64,000 nucleotides of DNA. Origin: Hydrolagus colliei (Eukaryota). Position 1 is the first letter of the stretch. Each line of letters opens with the position of its first letter. Positions 35,793-46,118 of the stretch are shown here, one piece after another. The notes under the pieces were generated by a model. The model searched no databases. It saw nothing but the letters and a program-made list of their open reading frames with translations, and was not told the DNA's origin. The translations under genes were made by a program, and so were the position numbers. Location of the stretch: the NCBI GenBank assembly GCA_035084275.1, contig CM068749.1:5146001-5210000 (forward strand), in the 5' to 3' direction.

Positions 35793-35925
35793 CATCAGCA
35801 GCACTAGGTGTACAGTACTGAGGGTAGGGAGCACTTGGAATGCTGAGTGGCAAGAGCACTGGGACTTTGAGCGGCGAGAAGCAAGAACGCCGATAACACC
35901 GAGCAGAATGACAGACAGTACTCAC

Positions 35926-36111
35926 CACCATTGGACAAGTCGTTGGGCTCATCGAATAGAGAGCAACGTTTCTCTTGCGAAACCTCTTCGGTTTTAATGT
36001 GTAAAATCTCTAACGGCTTGAGCCCCCCCGGCAAACAGAACGAGAGAGCCCCGTCATCAATTTCCAGAATAGGCTCTTTTGCTTGGTGTCGGCGGATTTT
36101 ACTCTCAAACT
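35926..36111 (-). CDS. RGSL1: RGSL1-like exon (FESKIRRHQAKEPILEIDDGAL...)
   Basis: ttgcag / GTGAGT, 186 bp, phase 1-1, open. Confidence 0.7.
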
Positions 36112-36239
36112 CTGCAACATGCAAATAACATGAATCTCAGAGCTGTATCCCTTCTGCACCACATCTGTGCCACGACCCACTCTGCCTTCCCCCACCTCTG
36201 CAACGTTGCCTGGCTCCCCACTGTCTCACACGGCAGGCT

Positions 36240-36790
36240 GCCAAAGCCCTCACACATGCAGTCATAACATCCAGGTTATGAATGCAAACTCCCTGCTTGT
36301 CAGCCTCCCCAACTACTCATTCCTTAGGCTTATCCGGAACTCTGCAGCCCGTGTCCTCTCCTGCACCAGGCTCCGGGAACCTATCATCCCCATCCTTGCT
36401 CAACTCCACTGGCTTCCCATCACACAATTCAAGATCCCAGTCCACACCTACCTTTGTGACCTCCTAACCCTCTACCAACCTGCCTGCTCCCTTCACTCAG
36501 TAGGACTCCGGCCGGCTGAATATCGCCCACGTCGCCCACCTCACCATTGGCAAGTGGGTCTGCCACTTTGACCCCACCCTCTGGAACTCCATCCTGCAGT
36601 CCCTCCACGTCATCTCCTCCCTTGCTTCCTTCAAGACCCAAGTCAAGACCCTCTCTTTGACCGTGCTTTGATCACGCTTGTCCCTCCCCTCTCTCGAACC
36701 TAGCTCGGGTCTGAAACACTGATTGGCCAGTGCCTTGGGATATCCTCCTGACATGAAAGTTGCTATAGAAACATTAATTTTGCTGTTGTT
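36240..36790 (+). mobile_element. Degenerate L2 3' fragment
   Basis: NSAARVLS..LAQLHWLPI motif and L2 tail. Confidence 0.8.
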
Positions 36791-37716
36791 GTGTGTATAA
36801 GTGCTCTGCAACACTGTACGATGTGAGTGCCACTATATAAATGCAAGTTGTTGTCATTTGTTGTGCGCGTGGGCAGTGGTGGTTGGGATGAGAAGGTGAG
36901 CTCCCGATTCTCTGCAATACTACTCTCTTTGGTCAGCTGGATATCTGACACAAGCAGAAACTAGTCACCATCCTTCAGTGTATCTAAATCCGCTTGTCCA
37001 GCTGTGATCGCCGTACCCATTAGGGCTTTGGTTTACAGGGTTAACAGGGGCTGAGTGGGAAGATTCCCTGACCCCGCGACTGGTCTGACCCACCAAGTCC
37101 AACAATAACAAATTTATACTTGTACAGTGCCTTTCACATCCAAAGGCGCTGGACAGTCATTATTTCAGACCCGAGCTTGGATTGGGGATAGGGAGGGTGG
37201 AGGCAAAGGGGATAATTTGGCGGTGACCAAAGGGATAATCGTAGAGGAGGGTCTTGAGGTGGGACTTGAAGAAGTCTAGGAAGGGGGCAAGGTGGATGGA
37301 CTGAGGGATGGAGTACCAGAGGTTGGGGGCAGAGTGGCTGAAGGCTCGCCTGCCAATGGTGTGGTAGGTGGGTCGAGGGATGTAGAGCTGGTTGGAGACT
37401 GCTGAGCGGGGGGGTGGTTAGGTTGGTAGGGGGTTAAGAAGTCTCAGAGGTAGGGTGGGGCGAGGCATGGAAGGCTTTGAATGTGAGGACCAGGATCTTG
37501 AATTGAACCCTCCGGGTGATGGGAAGCCAAAGGAGCTGGGCAGGTCCAAGCCACTGCTAATGACAGTGCCCTGGAATACGGCTCAGGAAATGGACTATTG
37601 AGACTCAGAGGCCTGGCTCGATTCCAACATTCCATTCCTTTGAGTCATTTCCCAACTACCTGTTTATCTCTGATAAACATCTTTCCTTTGAACAGATCAC
37701 TTTAAAGATGATGCAC

Positions 37717-37846
37717 CTTTGCTCAAGAACGTGCTGAAACCCATCAGTGACTTGCACAGAACAAAGTGAAGGTACAGATCTGTCTTGAAGAAGAAAGGCA
37801 AGCGATACTCCTCCAACCATCTCACTAACCCATCCACATTCATCAT
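37717..37846 (-). CDS. RGSL1: RGSL1-like exon (GLVRWLEEYRLPFFFKTDLYLHFVLC)
   Basis: Matches GLLTWLEKCRLPFFCKTNLCFHYILC; phase 0-1. Confidence 0.93.
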
Positions 37847-39133
37847 CTGTAGTGGGAACAAGCCGTCAGTTAGACTATAACGTATTAGCCAGAAAACAAA
37901 CCCGCAAATAGACAAGGTAGGAAGAGGATAGGTAAGAAATGGTAGAGGCACAACATTGGGCTAAAAAATAATCATAGTCCTTATATTTGATACTTTCAAC
38001 AACAACGATAACAAGGCACTGGGGACAGTCAAGGATTTGGGCATAAGCTTGGGGATGGGATGAAGAAGGTCAGGGGTTAGAGGGTGACTGAAGCCATCAA
38101 AAATGAGGATCTTCAGATGGATCTTGAAGTGGGTGAGGCAAAGGGATGAGATGGAAGTTCCAAAGAGTGGGGGCAGAAAGGCTGAAGGTCCAACCACTGA
38201 GATGTGGATGATGTTGTGGGGTGTGGGACATGGAGTAGGCCAGTCTACTGAGAGGATGGAGTGGACTGGTAGGTATGGAGTGTCAGAAGGATGTCTCAAA
38301 GCACTTCACAGAATTTACTATGTTCTGTGGGTGAACATTAGCAGTCGATTTTCACACAGCATTGTCCCACAAACAGCCATGGAGTAAAATTTAACTGGTG
38401 GATCACCGGGAGAAATTCCTTCAATTTTGAAAATGTGTCATTGGATCTTTAAACTCCACCTGAACAGGCAGACATGGGAGCTCGATTTGGCTTCTCATCT
38501 GGAGCCTGGCATCTCTGACAGACAATGCCGCACTCCCCCAGCACTGTGCTGGTGTGTCAGCTTAGAGGGTGTGTTAAAAGTTCCAATGTGGGGCTTGAAC
38601 TCAACAACAACAAAACAACAACAACAAAATTGCACTTGTATAGTGCCTTTCACGTCGGGAGGATGTCCCAAAGCGCTGAAGCAACTCACACCGTCTGACT
38701 CAAAGGTAAGCGTGCTACCATTACCCAGGTTGATGCTATGTGTAAAGTGGCACCAAAAAATGTATGGAGAAGAGAAAGGAAAGTTCTGTAATAGGAAGAC
38801 GATTCTCCCATGATCATTGGGGAATTGTTGGCCAGGGCATCAGGACAGCGGGAGAAACTCCCTTCTCGTTTAGAATTATTTCCATGGAATCTTCAACATC
38901 CACCTGAACTAGCAGACAAGACTTTGGTGAAATATCTCATCTGAATTCGAGTGCTCCCCTAGCACTGCATTGGGGTGGGGCTTGTGCAGGGTGGGGGGGT
39001 GTTGCCTGGGCTGTGAGCTTGAAGTCCTTAATGTGCAGCTTGAACCCACAACTTTCTGACCAGAAAATGCCCAAAACCAGAGTCAAACGTGTGTACAAAA
39101 AGCTTTCTGTAATTTCTGCCATTAAAATCTTAC

Positions 39134-39208
39134 CACAGAAGGAGACAGATCAGGGTACAGCTCCCAATGGTTGCCTTTCAAATGATACAGAGGAATCTGG
39201 CCAAATAC
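39134..39208 (-). CDS. RGSL1: RGSL1-like exon (VFGQIPLYHLKGNHWELYPDLSPSV)
   Basis: Matches VFGQTPFY..SQWSLWPE; phase 0-0. Confidence 0.92.
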
Positions 39209-39384
39209 CTGTGAAGTATCATAGCTGTGTCAGGTTAGAGGCAGCACAGACATCAGATTTCTACGCAGACAAAATCAATTAGGTTCAACCACAAATACAG
39301 TATGTGTCAGGTTCACCATTTAGCTCAAGGGTCCTGCGATTGACGTCAGTGACCCTGTCTTAACTGCGTTGGGTGGAAAGGTTA

Positions 39385-39976
39385 ATTCAACTTTGGTTAG
39401 GCAACAGCTGGAGTACTGTGTTCAATTCTGGTCACCACTCAATCAATCAATCGTTACATTTATATATAGAAAGGATGTTAAGGCATTGGAAAGGGTACAA
39501 AGAAGGTTTACGAGCATGGTACCAGGATTGAGGGACTTCAGTTATGAGGAAAGGCTAGATAGGCTAGGTTTATTCTCTCTAGAACAGAGAAGGTTGAGAG
39601 GAGACCTAATAGAGGTTTATAAAATCATGAGGGGATTCGACAGGGTGAATAAGGAAAAACTGTTTCCACTGGTGGGCGAATCTGTGACTCGTGGTCACAG
39701 ATATAGTTTCAAAACAAAGCAGAGGAAAGCTGAGGAGAATTTTTTTCACTCAGTGGGTTATTCGAATCTGGAATGCATTGCCTGAAAAGGTGGTGGAGGC
39801 TGATTCGACAACAGCTTTTAAAAGAGCATTAGATCTTTATTTAGGGAGAACAGGTCTGATAAGTTTATGGGGAGAGAGCTGGGCAGTGGGATCGAGTTAC
39901 TCTTTTCAAAGAGCCGGCACAGACTAGATGGGCCAAATGGCCTCCTTTTGTGTCGTAAGTTTCTATGATTCTATGA
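39385..39976 (+). mobile_element. CR1 LINE 3' end
   Basis: LEYCVQFWSP..LERVQRRFTSMVPGL; TTCTATGA tail. Confidence 0.9.
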
Positions 39977-40511
39977 ACTAGGGTTCTGCAGAGATACATC
40001 TACACTATCAGTCCACACACGGGTTAGAGACAGAATAAAGCTCCCTCAATACTGTCCTTCCAATTTCTCAGGTCAGCTGCATTGACTGAAATAATAGCAA
40101 GAGAGCACCCAAGACATTTTCGCTATAGATATCATAGATTTATCCTTGAAGGGATGGAAAATTAGAAATTGGGATTATTTTGAATGATTCTGCATCTTGT
40201 GGAGAAAAGTCTGGTGAGGAGGGAGTTTGCATAGGTAACCATGCATAGAATGAAAGCGCGGATGAGGGTCTCGGCAGCTTGAGGGGAGAGGCAGTGGCAG
40301 AGGCAGTTGTGGAGATAGGAAAAGGCATCAGGTATTGTAATGTTTTTGCACAGAGTTCAGTTCAGAAACATCTCTTGTCGATGACCTGCCCATGCCGTTT
40401 CCATACAACCATCTGATCATCTAAGGTTATTATGCAAAAACATACCATTTAGCTATTAACCCTTCTCTGACACTTTTCTCGCACGCAAGCCCAATTTTAT
40501 CTGTCACTTAC

Positions 40512-40594
40512 TGGTAAACTGATGAAGGTGTTGAAAAAGTCCACAAATATTTCATCCTCGAGCAGGGTATATAATGGCTCAAAGCCTCCCCCTT
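40512..40594 (-). CDS. RGSL1: RGSL1-like exon (LLEDEIFVDFFNTFISLP)
   Basis: Matches LLEDEVFADFFNTFLSLP; phase 1-0. Confidence 0.93.
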
Positions 40595-40855
40595 CTGGAA
40601 AGACAAAAATCAATCCCAGCATTTTGTACCCAGGGCCGGTTAATATCACAAGCACGCTACAGACACTCATACTTCTTATTTCAAAGCTCTCTCTCGCTCT
40701 CTCTCATCTCCACATGCACCAACCCTCAATGCACACCCATCCAACCACCCCTATCATGCACACTCACCCCCATCCCACCCACACATGTCCTACCAACACC
40801 CCTTTGCCACAGACCTCCTCCTCATCACCCAACCCGCTCCTCATCGCACACTCAC

Positions 40856-41086
40856 CTTCATGATCCTCCAGTACCGTTGGCGCTTTGATTTCTTTGATGT
40901 GATCTGCAGCGATAACTGAATCTAGATCAACGTCAGATGTCACAGCTTCTGGTTCCAGCAGGTGAGCATCCAATGTTTCCTCATCAAGTTCAGCCTCAGT
41001 TTGGAAATCGAAATCGAGATTCACTATTGGATGTGTTGGGTCCTCCAGAATGTCAGCTTCAACCTTTGTGAAATCATCCCGGAGAT
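40856..41086 (-). CDS. RGSL1: RGSL1-like acidic N-terminal exon (LRDDFTKVEADILED...)
   Basis: T-rich acceptor, GTGAGT donor, 231 bp, phase 1-1, fully open. Confidence 0.72.
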
Positions 41087-41510
41087 CTGCAGCAAAAACA
41101 AAAAAGAAAAAAAACAAAGTGGTCACTCAATCCACAACGGTTTGTGGGACAACGCTGCGCACAATTGGATGCTGTGTTTCGTCCACAAAACACAACGTCA
41201 ATCCACTTTACAGTACATTCTGTGAAGTGCTTCGAGAAGCCTCAGTGATGTGATACAACGCTGCATTAGACGCAAGGGTCCTTAATTATTATTACTATTT
41301 TACAACAGACAAGTCTTTAGACAAGACTGAGAAGAAGATCAAACAAGCCACGTCACTCACTCTTATCGCTGTGAAATTAAATTACATTGCATGGGTATTA
41401 AACATACACAAACACACAACACAGCTGAGACATTAAACCCTGGGGCTCAGTCACAGTTACACTCTCAAAGCTTACAAGATGCATAAGAAAAAAATAGCTT
41501 TTTTTTAAAC

Positions 41511-41523
41511 CTGGTGTTGTCAT
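41511..41523 (-). CDS. RGSL1: Putative RGSL1-like start exon CDS (MTTP+1 nt)
   Basis: ATGACAACACCAG|GTTTAA, phase 1; resembles the short MSSA|E start I recall for human RGSL1; donor weak. Confidence 0.4.
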
Positions 41524-41639
41524 TTTTGCTTGAATTGAAGTTGTTGAATCAACTGAATAAACCCCCCACCCACCCACCCATACACCCCCCCCCCCACCCA
41601 CACACATAGAGCAGGACAATTGTTAGGTATCCTATGTGT

Positions 41640-42010
41640 CAATAGCGCGGATTGTGACGTTAAAAGAAACTGAAACTCTCTCAAAATCGCCGCTAAAACA
41701 TTTGTCCAGAGGAAACACGAGGATATCATATTTAACAAACTGTAAACTGTACCTGACCCCCCCCCCCCCCCCCCCCCCTCGCCAATCCAGCGAGATCTGC
41801 TGCTAATTCATGTGCCGCGCGTCCTCACTTGTATAGTAACACACACACACACACACACACAGAGGTCAGGGCGCTGTGATTCCTGTGGGGACTTTCTGTC
41901 GGATGTGTTCACTAAGTCGCAAACTCTGGGAAGTTGTGTTGCATGCAAAGCCATTACGCTTCGCAGCGCTCGCCAGTCAGCCGCTCGCCTCCCTTGCGGT
42001 CGGTGTTCCT
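41640..42010 (-). promoter_or_regulatory. CpG-enriched candidate promoter/5' UTR of the RGSL1-like gene
   Basis: Local CpG retention in CpG-poor surroundings, just upstream of the first coding exons. Confidence 0.4.
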
Positions 42011-42032
42011 TAACGTTTAACACTAAAATCCC

Positions 42033-42186
42033 GTGTTTCACCCACAAAACACAACGTCAATCAACTTTACAGTACAAAATCCCCCCGCCTCCCCCCCCCC
42101 CTCTGGGGAGAGGGGGGGGGGGGGGGGGAGGCGGGGGGATTTTGTACTGTAAAGTTGATTGACGTTGTGTTTTGTGGGTGAAACAC
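42033..42186. repeat. Perfect inverted repeat (58-bp exact outer arms plus C/G-tract inner stem, 4-nt loop)
   Basis: 42033-42090 is the exact reverse complement of 42129-42186. Confidence 0.95.
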
Positions 42187-43825
42187 AGCATCCAATTGTC
42201 CCCAATGATAAAAACATAGTGATAATAATGATGATTATCATATCAAATACAATAATAACGTGAATAATTATTATTGTATTTGATAGGGTGCCCCGATGAC
42301 GCCTCAAAGTGCTTCACCGAATACACCGTAAAGTTGTTGTGACTTTATATGTTCTGGGAGAAACCATGGCAGAAACATGGCAGCGAATTGTGCGCGGCAG
42401 CAAGTAACCCACAAACAAACTGTGGGGCGCAATTTTTAAAGAAAAAAAAATAATTAGGGGCTTCCCATCCCAGACAGTGACCCACCAACTGACCACTGAC
42501 CGCGAGGTAAACAGAGGTGTGCGGAGTAAGGAAACTTGCCTAAGATTTCAGCCTGCCCAGGTATTGAACCCGGGTCTTCTCGCTTGCAAGTCAAGTACAC
42601 TAGCCACTACACTAGCCAACTCCACACGATAGTTACTTTACATCAAATGCAAGGATTCTTCTTACTATTATTATTATCATCTCCATACAGCATTCCGGGC
42701 AAGTGACTTCCATGTTTTATTTCCAGTATTTTGTATTAATATGCCTCCTGTTCTGGATTCGTCTAATCTATTCCTCACTTACCTTTCCTAGTCCTATATT
42801 ACGTTCTTGGCATGGAGCGGGAAGCTTGCCAGACAGTGCTCTCCATCGCACTAATAACTGTAAATGCAGTTAAAGCCCCAGTTCTTGCATATTGCGCTGA
42901 CAAATATACAGCTAATTTACAGTATATTCTGTGAAGTGCCTTGAGATGCCTAGAAGAGGTGAAAAAGCACTAACTCAAATGCAAGTTTTTTAAAATTAAT
43001 AACGGTATTCATTGTTAAGTCATCATAGCCCATGTGGAAATCTCCATTTCCTTGCACTGAGGGTGGTTGAAATGTGGAATTCGCTGTCACAAACCTTTGT
43101 AGGAACGGGATCCGTAAATTATTTGAAAAGGGAATTAGATGCTTCAGAGAATAAGTCACTGTCTCCCCAACTCTCAGCGGAACGCGTTTAAGATCCTTAG
43201 GTCTTACGATCCTTGGGTCCTCACTTTTTAAGCCTTCCAACATCTTACACCTCCCTACCTCTATGACTTACCTTACCAACCTGCTCACTCCCACTGCTCA
43301 TCGGGCATTGGCCTGCTCCACATTCTTTGCCATGCCCTCTGCCTTGCCCTTCCCTCTTTCAGGCCAGTCTCAACACCTTCCTCTTCCTGATTATGCATTG
43401 GGTCATACTCCCACCCTCCACTCTTCGGGATTCCCAGTTCAGGTGCCTGACTTGTCCAGTGCCTTGGGACGTCCTCCCAGATATTGAATGCAACTTGTTG
43501 TGGATGTTGTAGTAATATTAAAGGGTTTAGGAAAATGAGCAGAGAGGATTAGATTGGTTCACTAGGTCTGACTCATGTTGAGACCATCAGCATAGATTGG
43601 ATGAGCCACATTGGTTGGTTTCCATGCAGGAACATTGTATTAATATATCTCAGCAGCTCTTGGCTATACTGGCAGCAGGTTAAACCAGCCTTCTGGGTGA
43701 TTCTGTCTGGGGATTTGGGGAGCACCGCACTGTTGGATATCCCTCTCTGGATGCTGTATATTGAGTACTCACTCACCAAGGCTAGGAATGGGGACCAGCA
43801 GGCTAGGAATGGGGACCAGCAGATG

Positions 43826-44258
43826 TTAGTCTGGCTCAGTCTGCAGCACTTTTGTCTCCTCGTCAGAATTTAATGGGTTCCAGTTCCACATTGAAACTTT
43901 GAACTCAGTCTATGCTGACACTCTATCAACAGCCAATAGTGCCTTTCACTCATGATAACATTTCAGAGCACTCAAAACACTGCAAAAGCTGTGCCTCGCA
44001 TTAGACCAAATGCCCATCATTTCCATCTGGGTTGGGACTGAAATGTCTAAAAGACATGAAAAAGACAAGGGAGTTACTTTCTCAGTGTCGTGGCCAACAA
44101 TTCCCCAAATAACTTTGATCACTCACTCCAGGGACATTGCTGTGTGCAATTGACTGCCAGCCAAGTTTCACCCACTCTACTCTATATTCTGTGAAGTACT
44201 TTGAGACATCTTAAGAACAATGATAAAGTGCTGTACCAAGTGCCAGGATTATAATAAA
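43826..44258 (+). mobile_element. Deu-domain (SacSINE1-like) SINE
   Basis: GTCTGGCTCAGT head; CAGTGTCGTGGCCAACAATT and GCTGTGTGCAATTGACTGCC body; shared tail. Confidence 0.7.
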
Positions 44259-46112
44259 TACAATTGGTCATTTACTTCAGGGTGGTTTCTGCTGTGCTCC
44301 TATTGGGAACAAAATAAGCAATCACCAAACTTCCAACCACAGCAAAGTGCACTTATATACAGTGTATATAGCACCTTTCATGTCGGGAAGATGTCCCAGG
44401 ATGTGCTATAACAGTAAAATCTGTAAAACGCTTTGATAATCATCAGAATCCTGTATCCACGATGTGATAAGGCATTTAATCGAAACCAAGAATTATTATT
44501 AATAACTTCGGTGATACTATTTGTTATTTAAAGATGTTTCCTGAACTATCGATCAGATGTGTGTGTGTCTGTGTGTGTGTGTGGGGAGGTTTACTTACCA
44601 GCATTTCAGTGAGCATACGTTTAAAGGAATCCTGATCTGTTCTCGGGTTGTGTTGAGTGGTCTCTCTCTGTGTGCAAGGAACCCCAGAATGCGCTGTATT
44701 TGACCTGGTTACGTGAGAGCCATTTATTATATTTAAAGCAGAATATATATAAAAATCTTTGGGCACATTCTGAAGATATACAATGAGGTAAGATCTCAAA
44801 CTCAGATGGTGGAACGTGATCAGACATTTGATTGAATTCATTCACACAGAGTAGTTTAATATAATAATCCTTTCATTTGACACAGAGCTTTTCACATCTT
44901 ATCAACGTCCCAAAGCGCTTCACAGAATATACTGAAAAGTGAATTGACTGTATGTATTTGTGGGCGAATTGCAGCAGCCAATTGCGTACAGCAGTGTCCC
45001 ACACACAGTCATGGATTGAAATGACCAATTTTATTATTGTGGTTTTTTTTTGAGGGATTATTATTAGGTTTGTGGAGTAAGGAAATGTGCCCAAGGTTTT
45101 GCCCTAACCTGCCTGGATTCGAACACAGGTCTCCCCAGCTTGCAAGACAAATGCTCTAACCACTGAGCCACAATAGCTCCACAATATCAGTGACAGTCCT
45201 GCATGCTGCTGTGTAATGCTTCACCACTACCAGTTCCGACATCTCATTGGTTCCATTTGATATATCCAAAGGTTTTCAGATGATTAAGATTGTGTTGTTT
45301 GTCTGGTTCCATCCAAGGACGGGCTCCCTATTGGTCACACTCCCAGCTTAATTTGGCTGCTTTTGTATTTGTAGCTTTTTCCAATGTACTATAATTTGCT
45401 GTGACTTCACTGGAGAAGTAATGTTTTTAGCTCTGCACTGGTCATCTGATGTGTCTAATATCTGATAGCTTTTGATTACACTACCACGTCCACGTATCCT
45501 CCATTTCTAAACCATTGTACATGTCCACACATCTGTTACATATCATTATATCCATGTATTGAAAGCCCAGATATGCTGGCTAGACCCTGGTTGTATGTTC
45601 GGAATATGGGCCAGAAATTCTCAAAACTGGCCTGTTGTCCATAGTGATGACTCCAGGCAGGTAATAATGTGGATTCTCATTATCAAAGTTCTAAAAAGAC
45701 TCAGGAACCAGTGAAACAATGAATGACATGAGCGGCTGGAAATAGGTGCTGAGAATCGCACGTTACATATTAAACTCAGTGCTGACAGACTGCTTGCGTG
45801 TGACCTTCCTGGTTGCTGATTTGCTGATATATTGCATACTACGCTGCTGGTCAGGAGTTAGCCCATAATTCTTACTAGAGAAAGGCACAGATACAATGGG
45901 CAGACTTACCTCCATCTGTGCTATAAGGTTCTATGAAGGATTAGGGGTCATTGTCCATCCTGTGAAACTATAACCAGGCAGACAGTCTGACCTGCCATGA
46001 CTCACCACTTTTGATCCGAAGTCCACGTAAAAGAGTCTCTGGATTAGAGTAATTTTGCTCTCGTCAGCCTTACGAGAATTAAAAATCCAAATCGCTTATA
46101 AATCAGTAAAGG

Positions 46113-46118
46113 TTTATT
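46113..46118 (-). terminator. Candidate CEP350 poly(A) signal (implies about 3.2 kb 3' UTR)
   Basis: AATAAA on - followed by T-rich sequence. Confidence 0.4.

Noticed and set aside
36763-36951. Possible RGSL1 exon DIQLTKESSIAENRE after a good acceptor at 36944
   Set aside because: No credible donor; the frame runs into an L2 tail
42950-43243. 97-aa minus ORF MLEGLKSEDP...
   Set aside because: The plus strand is a degraded CR1 3' region
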